From Candidatus Latescibacterota bacterium (GTDB lineage: Bacteria; Latescibacterota; UBA2968; GCA-2709665), in assembly GCA_965222075.1 (NCBI GenBank), contig OZ244937.1:224001-288000 (forward strand): a stretch of DNA of 64,000 nt. The letters are read 5' to 3'. Of this stretch, positions 38,568 to 48,544 are shown one piece after another (the stretch's first letter is position 1; every line of letters starts with the position of its first letter). The notes beneath the pieces are model-generated. The model did not search any database. It was not told where the DNA came from and worked only from the letters and a program-made list of their open reading frames with translations. The position numbers and the translations under genes are program-made.

Positions 38568-40700
38568 ATGATTCCTGAAGTCTGGCTGTACAGACACGAT
38601 GAAGTCCGCACAGGCCGGCTTTGCGGGGTTGACGTGGACGAGGCGGACTGGCTCTGGGAGGGGTGCGGACGCAACCGCCTGGCCGGGCATAATCTGCGTA
38701 CGGCCGAGTGGGTGCAAATCCCGGTGCCCGAGATGGACTACCGGTGGGTGCACCAGGTATTCGCGTTGGAGGGAAAGCTGGTGCTCACGCTGGGGGACGC
38801 GCCGTATTACCTGGTTTACAACCCGAAAAAGCGGACTTGCGTCCGGCAGGAGATTCCGGCCAGGCAGCCGATCGTGCGGTACGGGACGAAGACGCGCAGC
38901 GGAAAGCTGCTCCTGTTCGAGCGCTCGGGATCGAAGGCGCTGGTGCTGGATGGCCCGGAGGCGGAGCCGCGCGCGATCGGATGTCCGTTCGACGGGGAGC
39001 TAACCAGCGGGTGGGCGCTGAGTGACGGGTATGTCTACTGCCCGCTGGAAGACCCCGCCCGGGTCGTGCGCTTCGATCCGGTGGACGAGCGGTTCGTGGA
39101 CGAAAACACCGCGCCTTTTCCAGAAGCGGATCTGGCCGGACACCTTGAATACGAAGGGATCCTCTACGCGTGGGATACGGTGGGGGGGCAGGTGACGCCG
39201 GTGGAGATGGAGACGGGGCGGTGGCTGGAACCGATCCCGACGCCAGACCACGGAAGTCTCTACGGATCCATACGGGGTGGATTTGGTTTTCGGGGGAAGG
39301 CGTATATGGGCCTGAGCACTTACGCGCACCGGAACCGGCTGGACTCGAAGGCGGGAGAGGGGATCCCCTCAGATGGGCGGCTGACGGTGGACGGACGGCC
39401 GCTTCTGGACCGGTTCCTGGTGTTCGACCCCGGAACGGGGGCATTCGGCTACCTGACCGCTCCCGAGCAGCACGACGGCATCCCGTTGCTGTGCCATAGC
39501 TGGACAGATGGGGATCGGTTCGCGGTTACGGGGATCGTGGTCCCCCACGCGGAGCCGGGGGCGCCGGGACGCATCTTCGGACCCTGGATTGTGCTGCAGA
39601 ACGGGCCTGCGACGGAGGAGCCGGAGTTCGGACCGCCCGACATGGCGTTCGACCGGGAGGCGCACCTGGCGCGCTACCGGCGAAGCTACGGGATAGACCG
39701 GTCCCTGTACCTGTTCAAGCCAGGACAGTCGCCGCCGCTGGCGAACCTGCAGGGGGCCGTTTCGCACTACTCACCGGGCGGAGAGGCTGAGATTGTCCGG
39801 CGGGCAAAGAAGACGGATCGGAAGGCATACCTGTCCCACATCGCAGAGACCCTGGCTCGGGAGGCGGATGGGGATGCCGATCTCGTGAGGCGGGTGGCGA
39901 AGTTTGTGCACCATACGCTTTATTACAACCCGATCCAGGTGCCGGAGTGCGACCGGAGGTTTTTCGGGAAGTTTACAGAGACCGATCCCCTGGTATTCCT
40001 CGAGGCGCACGACGGGCGCTGCGGCCACGGGGTGACCGTGACGCAGGCGCTGCTGGAGATCCTGGGAATCCCGGTCAGACGGGTGCAACTTTCCCACCAC
40101 GTGGTGGCGGAGGCGACGTATGATGCGGGAGATCATATCGTGGACGCGCTTTTTTTTGGGAAGAATCAGCCGCAGCGGAACGGTCGGGTGCTGTCGGTGG
40201 ATGAACTGGTTTCAGACCCCTACTTCGCAGACGCGTTCGCCCGGGAGTGTTTTGCCTACGATCCGGAGTTGCTGATGAGCATCGATGGATTCCAGGTGCT
40301 GGGGTTCGTCATCGGCCCCTGGGGATCGGAGCCCTACTATTCCTTTTATCTCCACGCAGAAAAGGAGCATCCTCCCACCCTGCCCCACTGGGTGCCGGCG
40401 GAGCGGGTGGGGAAGAAGTCCATCCGCCTGAATTGGGCCGTATCACGAAAGAAAGGCGGAGGGCGGGTGGAGTACGATATCGGGGTTTTCTCGGACCGGG
40501 CATGCACGGAGGAGATCTTTCGCGTGACGACGGAAGAGACGTCTCTGGTTTATGAGGTGCCGGAGCCGAACCGGATGTATTTCGTGGAGACACGCGCGAT
40601 GGACGACCACCGGAAGGTGAATCCCGATACGTGGTACCCGGCGGTTCGGTCCAATTTCGTGCTGGCGGACGAGGAGTACGGGTGGTACGGGGTGCTGTGA
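38568..40700 (+). CDS. Beta-propeller + transglutaminase-like (Cys-His-Asp) + FnIII-like hypothetical protein
   Basis: DGRCGH...LGIPVRRV..HHVVAEA...HIVDAL pattern. C-terminal LNW...Y...YFVETRAMD. Confidence 0.6.
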   Translation: MIPEVWLYRHDEVRTGRLCGVDVDEADWLWEGCGRNRLAGHNLRTAEWVQIPVPEMDYRWVHQVFALEGKLVLTLGDAPYYLVYNPKKRTCVRQEIPARQPIVRYGTKTRSGKLLLFERSGSKALVLDGPEAEPRAIGCPFDGELTSGWALSDGYVYCPLEDPARVVRFDPVDERFVDENTAPFPEADLAGHLEYEGILYAWDTVGGQVTPVEMETGRWLEPIPTPDHGSLYGSIRGGFGFRGKAYMGLSTYAHRNRLDSKAGEGIPSDGRLTVDGRPLLDRFLVFDPGTGAFGYLTAPEQHDGIPLLCHSWTDGDRFAVTGIVVPHAEPGAPGRIFGPWIVLQNGPATEEPEFGPPDMAFDREAHLARYRRSYGIDRSLYLFKPGQSPPLANLQGAVSHYSPGGEAEIVRRAKKTDRKAYLSHIAETLAREADGDADLVRRVAKFVHHTLYYNPIQVPECDRRFFGKFTETDPLVFLEAHDGRCGHGVTVTQALLEILGIPVRRVQLSHHVVAEATYDAGDHIVDALFFGKNQPQRNGRVLSVDELVSDPYFADAFARECFAYDPELLMSIDGFQVLGFVIGPWGSEPYYSFYLHAEKEHPPTLPHWVPAERVGKKSIRLNWAVSRKKGGGRVEYDIGVFSDRACTEEIFRVTTEETSLVYEVPEPNRMYFVETRAMDDHRKVNPDTWYPAVRSNFVLADEEYGWYGVL

Positions 40701-40725
40701 GGGAAGGGCACGGGTAAAATCCCGG

Positions 40726-42003
40726 ATGACCCGAAGTGAAAGGAGGTTTGCTGTGGCCTTGGATTCCGAACCGACCGTCGGCGCACCACGGGCCCTGGGG
40801 GCATGGTCGATCATCGACGACCCTACCGCGTTCAACGCCACGACCAACTCGCACAACCGAAAGATTGTAGAGGCCGGGCCCTATGTGTTCGTGGGCTATC
40901 GGGACGGGGAGAGCCTGTGCCGGGTTGCGAAGAGCCGGGATGCGGGGGATACCTGGGAGCAGGTGGATCTGCCGAGGCTGGCTGGCGTGCAGGCGCCGGT
41001 GCTGGCGGCCGATCGGGACGGGTGCGTGCACCTGATGTACCGGCTCGAGAATTCTACGATGCGCTATCTGCGTTTCAGCCCGGATGACGACTGGTCGGCG
41101 CCGGAGGTGAATCAGCAGAGTGTGCAGGCCGGAGCAAAGTACACCCTGGAATACGATGCGGTCCACGATCTGCTGTATTTCTCGCACCGGGTGGAGGGGA
41201 ACCTGTGCATCGCGGTCCTGGATAAGGACGGAAAGGTCGTGCGGGACGTGCGGATCGTGGATACGGATCGGCAGGGCAAAGTCCCTGACTACAAGGACCC
41301 GCATTATCAAAGTATGTTTGCGGACACGGAAGGATGGTTACACGTAATCTATACCTGTACGGATTTCCACCTCAACGCACAGCCTCCCCATCCCAGGTAC
41401 CGTTACCAATCGGTCCGCTACCTGCGCACCCGAGATCAGGGGCTGTGCTGGGAACGGGCGGGCGGAACAGAGCTGGACGTCCCGTATGAGATCGGGAAGG
41501 ACGCACCGGATACGCGCGTGAACACGGAGGCCGAAGAAAAAGCCAGCCCGGTCTGGGGGGCAAGCCTTGCGGTCACCAACGGCCAGGTCCACGTTCTGTA
41601 TTCGCTTATGGAGCAGCCATCCAGGGCAATGTACGCTCGCCTGGACAGGAAGACTGGACAGGTGGCGGCCCGCGCCGAACTGCCCCTGGACGGTACCGCT
41701 AACGCCCTGGCTGTGGATCCGAACGCAAGGGTGAACAGCCCGGCGCCGGTGTGCGCGTTCGGGATCCTCCAGCATCGCCCTGCCCTCGCCGTGACGCTGG
41801 ACAACGGGGACTCGTGGCGCTTGGCGGGCCATCTTCCAGAGGTGCCGATTCGTCCGGGCTACCAGATTCACTGGACCACCTCCATGTCCTGCCTTTCACG
41901 GGAGGGGTATGTGTACAGCGCGTTCACCGAGCGCGTACCCGGGGTGCCGGAGAACAAACTGGACGGGGGGCGGACGTTTTTCGCGCGCTGGCGCTTGGCT
42001 TAA
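40726..42003 (+). CDS. BNR/Asp-box beta-propeller (sialidase-like fold) protein
   Basis: Asp boxes SRDAGDTW, TRDQGLCW, TLDNGDSW. Confidence 0.75.
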   Translation: MTRSERRFAVALDSEPTVGAPRALGAWSIIDDPTAFNATTNSHNRKIVEAGPYVFVGYRDGESLCRVAKSRDAGDTWEQVDLPRLAGVQAPVLAADRDGCVHLMYRLENSTMRYLRFSPDDDWSAPEVNQQSVQAGAKYTLEYDAVHDLLYFSHRVEGNLCIAVLDKDGKVVRDVRIVDTDRQGKVPDYKDPHYQSMFADTEGWLHVIYTCTDFHLNAQPPHPRYRYQSVRYLRTRDQGLCWERAGGTELDVPYEIGKDAPDTRVNTEAEEKASPVWGASLAVTNGQVHVLYSLMEQPSRAMYARLDRKTGQVAARAELPLDGTANALAVDPNARVNSPAPVCAFGILQHRPALAVTLDNGDSWRLAGHLPEVPIRPGYQIHWTTSMSCLSREGYVYSAFTERVPGVPENKLDGGRTFFARWRLA

Positions 42004-42038
42004 GACGGGCTAACCATTGTGACTCAAAGGGGTTTCTG

Positions 42039-43493
42039 ATGAACGTTGTCTACATTGTCTGCGATCGACACAATGCGGAGTTCGCCGGCTGTTACGGAAA
42101 TTCCACGATTCGGACGCCGAATATCGACAGCCTCGCCGAGCGGGGCGTCCGGTTCGAGAGTGTCTATTGCGTGAGTCCGTTGTGCGCGGCCTCCCGGGCA
42201 GCGATGATGAGCGGGCGGTACGCCCACGAGATCGGGAGCTGGGACAATGCCTTTGCCTACACGGGGATTCCCCGTGGATGGGGCCACTATTTCCAGGAAG
42301 AGGGAGTTCGTCTGACCACGGTGGGTAAGTTGGATTTTCACCCTAGAGCCGATCATGGGGTGGAAGAAGAACGGATGGGTATGCATCGGGAGAGCCTGGA
42401 TATCCTTTCTTTGTTCCGGGAAGAGGAGATTCAGCCGCGGTATATGTACCTGCACCGGCTGAGGGCGGCGGGGCCGGCATCTGGAAGACCGACAAAAGAC
42501 ACGCAGGTGGCAGAAGAGGCGGTGCGGTGGATCCGGGAGGATCGTCCGACGGACCGGTCCTGGGTCCTGGTGATCAATTTCAACGGGATTCACCGTTGGA
42601 CGCCGCCGAAGGAACTCTGGGATTATTACCATGCGCTGATCCGGCTGGAGGATCTGGACGAGCGGTATACTGAGGATCTGAATCGGCTCCATCCTTATCA
42701 GCGGATCTATACCCGGCACTGCTGCGGCGACCTGATGACGCTTGAGGAGGTGCGGAGGGGGCTGGTGGGATACCACGGGATGTGCGAGGCGATGGACCGG
42801 GACGTAGGGCGCGTGCTGCGCGGTCTGGAGGATACCGGATTGCTAGAGGAGACGCTGGTGGTCTACGCGTCGGACCACGGGGGCAGCTGCGGGGCACACC
42901 GGAACCTGGACTATGCGGATATGTACGAGAGCTCGATCCGGGTACCGCTGATCGTCGCCGGGCCGGGGGTCCGGCCGGGGGGGGTGGAGCGCACGCCGGT
43001 TTCGACGCTGGATATCTTTCCAACCCTCTGTGAGGCCGCGAGGGCAGAACTGCCGATGCATATGCGCGGCACGTCTCTGTGGGGGCTGGTCCGGGGAACG
43101 ACGGATGCGCCAAGGCCCGCGTTCGCGCTTTCAGAGTACCATGGGGCGGGGTTTCCGGCAAGTATCTTTGCCGTCCGGTCCGAGATGCACAAGTACGTGG
43201 AGTGCGTGGGGGAGCGGCCGATGCTGTTCGATCTGGAGGTGGACCCACTGGAGATGCACGACCTGGTGCTGGAACGTCCGGAGGATCCGGAGGTGGCAAT
43301 GACGATCCGGCGGCTGCGAAGAATGCTGTGCGAGATCTGTTCGCCTGAGGCGGTGGACGCGCGGGCAAAAGCGGACCAGCGGCGGTTGCGGGAGGAGCTG
43401 AAGGTGAGTGGGCGGTTGGTCGAGGAGATGTGGCGGCGAGGGTATGAACGCAACTCCGACCGGCTGGTCCCCCGGCCGGAAGAACTGCCATAG
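42039..43493 (+). CDS. Sulfatase-family protein, sister paralog 3 (CxAxR variant)
   Basis: MNVVYIVCDRH, PLCAASRAAMMSG, GKLDF, ASDHGG. Confidence 0.92.
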   Translation: MNVVYIVCDRHNAEFAGCYGNSTIRTPNIDSLAERGVRFESVYCVSPLCAASRAAMMSGRYAHEIGSWDNAFAYTGIPRGWGHYFQEEGVRLTTVGKLDFHPRADHGVEEERMGMHRESLDILSLFREEEIQPRYMYLHRLRAAGPASGRPTKDTQVAEEAVRWIREDRPTDRSWVLVINFNGIHRWTPPKELWDYYHALIRLEDLDERYTEDLNRLHPYQRIYTRHCCGDLMTLEEVRRGLVGYHGMCEAMDRDVGRVLRGLEDTGLLEETLVVYASDHGGSCGAHRNLDYADMYESSIRVPLIVAGPGVRPGGVERTPVSTLDIFPTLCEAARAELPMHMRGTSLWGLVRGTTDAPRPAFALSEYHGAGFPASIFAVRSEMHKYVECVGERPMLFDLEVDPLEMHDLVLERPEDPEVAMTIRRLRRMLCEICSPEAVDARAKADQRRLREELKVSGRLVEEMWRRGYERNSDRLVPRPEELP

Positions 43494-43529
43494 GGATCAA
43501 TGTCCACTGCTCCGCAATCGAGAGGCGCC

Positions 43530-44687
43530 ATGTCGAAAATCGACCGACCATTCAGGCTGTGGGCCATTTCCTGCGCGCACGTGGGCTCGGACCTGCGGCG
43601 CGGCCCGAGCCCAAGGGAGAGCCTGGCCGAGGCGATTCGACAGTCCGAGTATGGTGGCGATGAGGGAGGACCGGGCTTCGAGTGGGATATCGCAGTGAAT
43701 ATGGGAGACCTGAGCGGGGCGCTGAGGGACACTCCCGACGACGAGGAAGGCAAGGAGGTGGTGCGGCAGTACGGGGCGCTCCGGAAGCACCGCCGGGAGG
43801 ACATGTACGACATCTGCGGCAACCACGACCGGAACGCGACCTGGCAGCCGGAGGGGGAGTGGTTCCAGAAGTGGGCCGACCCGGTGGGGGTAAACACAGA
43901 ATTTTCGGGCGTTGATCCGGAAAGGCGGCCATACCCGGTCTACGGGACGTGGGAGCGTTACGAGTTTCGCGTGGGCAACCTGCTGTTTTTGATGATGAGC
44001 GACCGGAATGAGCCGACGCGGAAGATAGGGCGCGAGGTTCTTGGAGGCAATCCGGGTGGGGTGGTGACGGGAGAGACCTACCGGTGGTGGGTTCGGCGGG
44101 TGGAGGCCAACCGGGACGTGCTGATCCTGACGGCGCATCACTATATGCTGCGGGATACGACGGTGGCGTCGGGCAGGTGGGAGGGGGTGAAGATGGATCA
44201 GAAGCTAACGGCCTCTGAAGGGGCGAACCGCGAGGAGGCGGCCCGAACCCGGGCCCGGTACCACGGCGCCCCCAGGCTCGGCACCCCGCAGGGGGCATCC
44301 TACCTCTACTGGGTGGACAGCATACCGGATGCCGGTTTGTTCGAGCGGTACCTGGAGGAGCACCCCGGGGCAATCAATCTCTGGCTGGGTGGGCACACCC
44401 ACACGCACCCGGACGACACCTACGGGGGCAAGTCGCATATCGAGCGGAAGTGGGGTGTGAACTTCATCAATGTCGCTCAGCTCTCCAGATACCACGTTGG
44501 TCCTGAACGCTGCATTCCTCCCATGAGTCGATTGCTTACCTTCACACCGGGCAGCGACGAGGTGAAGGTGCAGTGCTATCTGCACGCGAGTGATCACGCC
44601 CCGCAAGGGTGGTATGAAAAGGCCGAGAGAACATTGAAGCTGTCAAAGGCCTTCCGTTGGTGGGACAGGGAGAATGAAATACAATGA
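43530..44687 (+). CDS. Calcineurin-like metallophosphoesterase fold protein
   Basis: SCAHVG, NMGDL, CGNHD, TAHH, GGHTH. Confidence 0.8.
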   Translation: MSKIDRPFRLWAISCAHVGSDLRRGPSPRESLAEAIRQSEYGGDEGGPGFEWDIAVNMGDLSGALRDTPDDEEGKEVVRQYGALRKHRREDMYDICGNHDRNATWQPEGEWFQKWADPVGVNTEFSGVDPERRPYPVYGTWERYEFRVGNLLFLMMSDRNEPTRKIGREVLGGNPGGVVTGETYRWWVRRVEANRDVLILTAHHYMLRDTTVASGRWEGVKMDQKLTASEGANREEAARTRARYHGAPRLGTPQGASYLYWVDSIPDAGLFERYLEEHPGAINLWLGGHTHTHPDDTYGGKSHIERKWGVNFINVAQLSRYHVGPERCIPPMSRLLTFTPGSDEVKVQCYLHASDHAPQGWYEKAERTLKLSKAFRWWDRENEIQ

Positions 44688-44843
44688 ATCGCAGGAAACC
44701 TGAGCCTGACGTGGCGGTAATCGTGATGGTGTGCGTAGACGCCGCCGCCACGGCCTCGGGGACGTTTCAAAGTCACAACCAGAAGGTGGAGGTGGAGGAG
44801 CGATGACCGGGATGGTTGTTGGGTAAACAACCGGGAGCAGGCA

Positions 44844-47594
44844 ATGGCTGCGGAGGGGAGATCGCTGTCGCTGTTCGTGCAGGAGTTCGACGGGCTCGCG
44901 CGCCCTGGCGAGCTTGCCGGAGGAGGCATCCCGCTGCCGGACGGGTTCGCCGGGGATACGGGGGAGATGACCTTGATGGATGGCTCCGGCGAGATCCGCC
45001 CGGCGCAGTTTTGGGCAATGGGCCGCTGGCCGTCCGGGTGTATCCAGTGGTTGTACGTGCAGACGCCGGTGAGCCTGGAGGCGCACAAGCGGTTGGGGAT
45101 GAAGCTGGCAGCTCAAGAGGGCGCTCCTGTGCCGGAGCCCCGGGTGCGGGTTACGCAGGATGCTGGGAAGATCGTTCTGGAGAACCGCTACGTGCGGGTG
45201 CTCCTGCCGACACAGCGTTTCGGGTTTCCGGGAGGGGTCTCTTTCGATTCCGAGGGCAAATGGAACTTCAGCCCGGGGATCATGGCCGTTCGGGAGGCGC
45301 GGTTGCTGGCGGAGGACAGCGAGGGGACGGCATTCTCCTGGGGAGAGGATGAGTCGGTGGAGGCCATTGTGGAGGAAGACGGGCCACTGCGGGCGATCGT
45401 ACGGTTGGCACGGGGGGTCCGGCCCCCTTACGCGGAACAGTCGCTTGATCTGGTAGTACGGGTGTACCTGGAGGGGGACTGCCCGGCCTTGAGGATCGAG
45501 ATGACCTACATCAACACCGAGGGCTGCGGAGAACTGGAGGATCTTCGGGATATCCAGCAAAAGAGGCTGGGACTGCGGCGGCGCCCGGGAAACACAGATC
45601 GGCCCACGCGTGGGATCAAGAGGATAGGGCGTCTGGGATATACCGTGGAGATAGCCGGGGCAGACGGAGGGGTGGTGTTCGGTGGGGACGGGGACGTGGA
45701 GCTGATTGCAAAGACGGCGAAGGCAGCGCTGGTCCAGGACCGGGTCGATCGCTACTGGTTCGATGGGAGCGGGGGGCGTTGCGCCGGGGGGTGGGTGGGA
45801 GTGCCGGGCGCGCAGGGAGAGGTGTTGCTGGCGGGGCGGGATTTCCGGGAGCAGTTTCCGAAGGGAATCCGTTGGGACCGGGAGGCCGGCCGGGCGACGC
45901 TGGAGTTCTGGCCACCGGAGGCGGGGCCGCTGGACTTCTACCCTGGATGGGCGAAGACGCACGAGGTGTTGGTGGGGTTTCCCCGGGACGGTGCAGAGCG
46001 CGCGGCGCTGCTGACAGGCTTCCGTGCGCCGCTGCGCCTCTGCCCCACCTCTGACGCCTACCTGGAGAGCGGAGCGGTGGACCCTTTCATCGAACCGGAC
46101 TGGGCACGCTGGCCGCTGTTCGAGTGCGCTGTGGGCGACAGCTTCGCACAGGCGGTGGCCGCACAGAACTTCGGGGAGATCGATTATGGGGACCGGTACA
46201 TCGCCGAAGGCGAGCGCTACCACAACGGCTATCATGCACCGGACCAGGAGTGGCTGATCCACTACCAGCGCACAGGAGACGAACGGTATTTCCGGCTGGC
46301 GCGCCCGATGGTACGGCACCGGATGGATATCGACGTGCTGCACTGGCCGCCAGAGGACGCCGGGAGGTGCCACGCGGAGTACAATGTGAATCATTGGACA
46401 CCGGGCCGGCAGATCAAGGCGTGGATCGAGGGGCTGGCCATGTACGCGCTGATGGCTGGCGACCGGCGGGTGCGGGAGGTGATCGCCGAGTGCGGGGGGT
46501 GGCTGGCCAGAAACCCGGCGTTCACGAACGAGCGGGCGAGTTCGATCCCGGTGATGGCATTGTCCCACTGCTATCGGGTGGTGAACGACCCGGCGTATCT
46601 GGAGACGGCCCGGCGGATCGTAGACCATCTCTACCCGCTGGTCATGGCCGGCGAGTACGTACGCACGCCGTTCATGGTGGGGCACCTGGTCGACGGGCTG
46701 CACTGGTACTGGCGCCATACCGGCGACGGGCGGGCAGTGGAGATGGTCGTACGGGCGGGACGGTGGATGCACGAGGTCTGCATTGGGCTGACTGGAATGC
46801 CTTATTACACGGGACGCACGGACGCGCGCTTCCCCGCGGAACGGAAGGCATTTCGGTCCCAGTACTGGGCGCAGAACCGGGTCTATGTGTGGGCCACGGG
46901 GGAGGTGTCCACGCCGTCGGCCCGTGCCTGCCTGCTGAGCGGAGACCGGGAGTTGCTCCGGTTCACGACAAATGTTCTGGACAGCTGGATTCGCTATTAC
47001 TGGGGAGGTGGACGCGGTGGGTACCAGGGCTGTGCTCTGGCTGTTTATGCCCTGGATTCCGCTGGCCTGACAGAGGCCGACCTGGCGCAGGCCCCGCCCG
47101 GGGTGGACGTGGACGAGGCAGTGGCACGGGTGCGCGAGTACGTAGCCGATCCGCCCGAGGAGGACAACGCGGCGCCGGGACTACTTCTCGAACTCGGCCG
47201 GTTTCTGCTGAACGCTGGCCAGGCGGAGCGGGGGCTGGAGGTGCTCAGGGAGCTGGGTGCGGCCTGTCTGGCCGGAATCTTGACGCGGTCTGAGGAGGAC
47301 GAACACCTTCACGAACGTCACGACAGAGACCTGGCGCTGGGGACGGTGTACGATCAGGTGGAGGCCCGGCTGGCGGCAGCGGTGGGGCAGATGGATCGGG
47401 CCGAGTCTACGCTCCTGCGGCTGATCGGCCGCTATCCGGGGGCGGACCCGGAGGACGTGCTCTCACCCGGCCACTTTCGCGTCGCGGCGGCCTGCTGGCA
47501 GCTTGCGGGGCTCTACGCGAGGGCGGACCGGACAGACCGGGCTGATGCGTATCGGAAGCAGGCGAGGCGATATGTTGGGGTACACTTCGTTTGA
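44844..47594 (+). CDS. PcRGLX/YetA (PL26 exo-rhamnogalacturonan lyase)-like protein with TPR-like tail
   Basis: GGIPLP.G...WPSGCIQW N-terminus, EEDGPLRAIV, DFREQFPK, FGEIDYGD...QRTGDERYFRLA...RHRMDIDV. Confidence 0.65.
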   Translation: MAAEGRSLSLFVQEFDGLARPGELAGGGIPLPDGFAGDTGEMTLMDGSGEIRPAQFWAMGRWPSGCIQWLYVQTPVSLEAHKRLGMKLAAQEGAPVPEPRVRVTQDAGKIVLENRYVRVLLPTQRFGFPGGVSFDSEGKWNFSPGIMAVREARLLAEDSEGTAFSWGEDESVEAIVEEDGPLRAIVRLARGVRPPYAEQSLDLVVRVYLEGDCPALRIEMTYINTEGCGELEDLRDIQQKRLGLRRRPGNTDRPTRGIKRIGRLGYTVEIAGADGGVVFGGDGDVELIAKTAKAALVQDRVDRYWFDGSGGRCAGGWVGVPGAQGEVLLAGRDFREQFPKGIRWDREAGRATLEFWPPEAGPLDFYPGWAKTHEVLVGFPRDGAERAALLTGFRAPLRLCPTSDAYLESGAVDPFIEPDWARWPLFECAVGDSFAQAVAAQNFGEIDYGDRYIAEGERYHNGYHAPDQEWLIHYQRTGDERYFRLARPMVRHRMDIDVLHWPPEDAGRCHAEYNVNHWTPGRQIKAWIEGLAMYALMAGDRRVREVIAECGGWLARNPAFTNERASSIPVMALSHCYRVVNDPAYLETARRIVDHLYPLVMAGEYVRTPFMVGHLVDGLHWYWRHTGDGRAVEMVVRAGRWMHEVCIGLTGMPYYTGRTDARFPAERKAFRSQYWAQNRVYVWATGEVSTPSARACLLSGDRELLRFTTNVLDSWIRYYWGGGRGGYQGCALAVYALDSAGLTEADLAQAPPGVDVDEAVARVREYVADPPEEDNAAPGLLLELGRFLLNAGQAERGLEVLRELGAACLAGILTRSEEDEHLHERHDRDLALGTVYDQVEARLAAAVGQMDRAESTLLRLIGRYPGADPEDVLSPGHFRVAAACWQLAGLYARADRTDRADAYRKQARRYVGVHFV

Positions 47595-47648
47595 GGCGGG
47601 CTGAAAGGGTTTTGAGATGTGTCTGAGTTTCTCCGAGAAGGAGACACA

Positions 47649-48503
47649 ATGGCTCGGTACGATCCGATATACGTCCACTACATCCAGGAGATTACCAGGC
47701 TCCACCTCTGGTATGTGCACAAGGCCATTCGGGAGGAGGAGGTCGCTTTCGAAGATGTGGTGAACAGGCGGGTGAATATCTACCGGAATACGTCGCTCTA
47801 CGACGGGAAGCGCCATCCATCAAAGGAGGATGTGGGGCCGGAGTGGGGGGAGGTCCTGAAGCGGCTGAAGGAGATCTATGACCGTCATTGGGACGATCCG
47901 TCCACGGAACAGTTCGAGGCGGAGGGGCTGGACCTGCTCTGGCCCTACCTGGACGCGCGCATCCGGCGGGAGGGCGACCCGCTGGAGAAGCTGAAGGAGA
48001 CGGACCGGCCCTACGAGTGCTGGTCTCAGGACTACAGGGGGGATCGGAACAACATCCACATCGACAATCTCTACCGGCCGAAGTCGCCGCTGAGTGAGAT
48101 GTTGATTCCGTTTGCGGCGTCTCTGATCCGGCTGCTGCGCGACTCACAGGCACAGCGGCCCGATATCAAGATCGTCCGCTGCGGGAGCTGGATGAATTCT
48201 CTGCCTCCATTTCAGAAGCTGTTTCCAAGGAGCTGGATGGAGAGCTCCGTAGAGAGGCGGGAGATCGGCTATTCCTACGGGCACTGGGGGCAGTTCCAGG
48301 ACCGGCGGGGGGACTTCCACGCGCGGAACGGAGCGCGGTTCCGGGAGACTGGGGAACTGCCGTTCCCCAGTCTGAGCTGTGAGTGCCCGATCGAGGAGGC
48401 CCTGGACCACCTGAAGGCGCGCTTTCCGGAGGACGTGAAGTACAACCGTGAAAGAGCCCCCTACGAACGGGTGAGCGGGGGCGAAGACGACTTTCAAAGG
48501 TGA
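47649..48503 (+). CDS. Conserved hypothetical protein; paralog of 12077-12904
   Basis: RBS AAGGAG. Colinear high similarity to 12077. Confidence 0.85.
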   Translation: MARYDPIYVHYIQEITRLHLWYVHKAIREEEVAFEDVVNRRVNIYRNTSLYDGKRHPSKEDVGPEWGEVLKRLKEIYDRHWDDPSTEQFEAEGLDLLWPYLDARIRREGDPLEKLKETDRPYECWSQDYRGDRNNIHIDNLYRPKSPLSEMLIPFAASLIRLLRDSQAQRPDIKIVRCGSWMNSLPPFQKLFPRSWMESSVERREIGYSYGHWGQFQDRRGDFHARNGARFRETGELPFPSLSCECPIEEALDHLKARFPEDVKYNRERAPYERVSGGEDDFQR

Positions 48504-48544
48504 AAGAGGAGCGACTGCGTTTCATCCACGTCAGGAGAGGTTGT

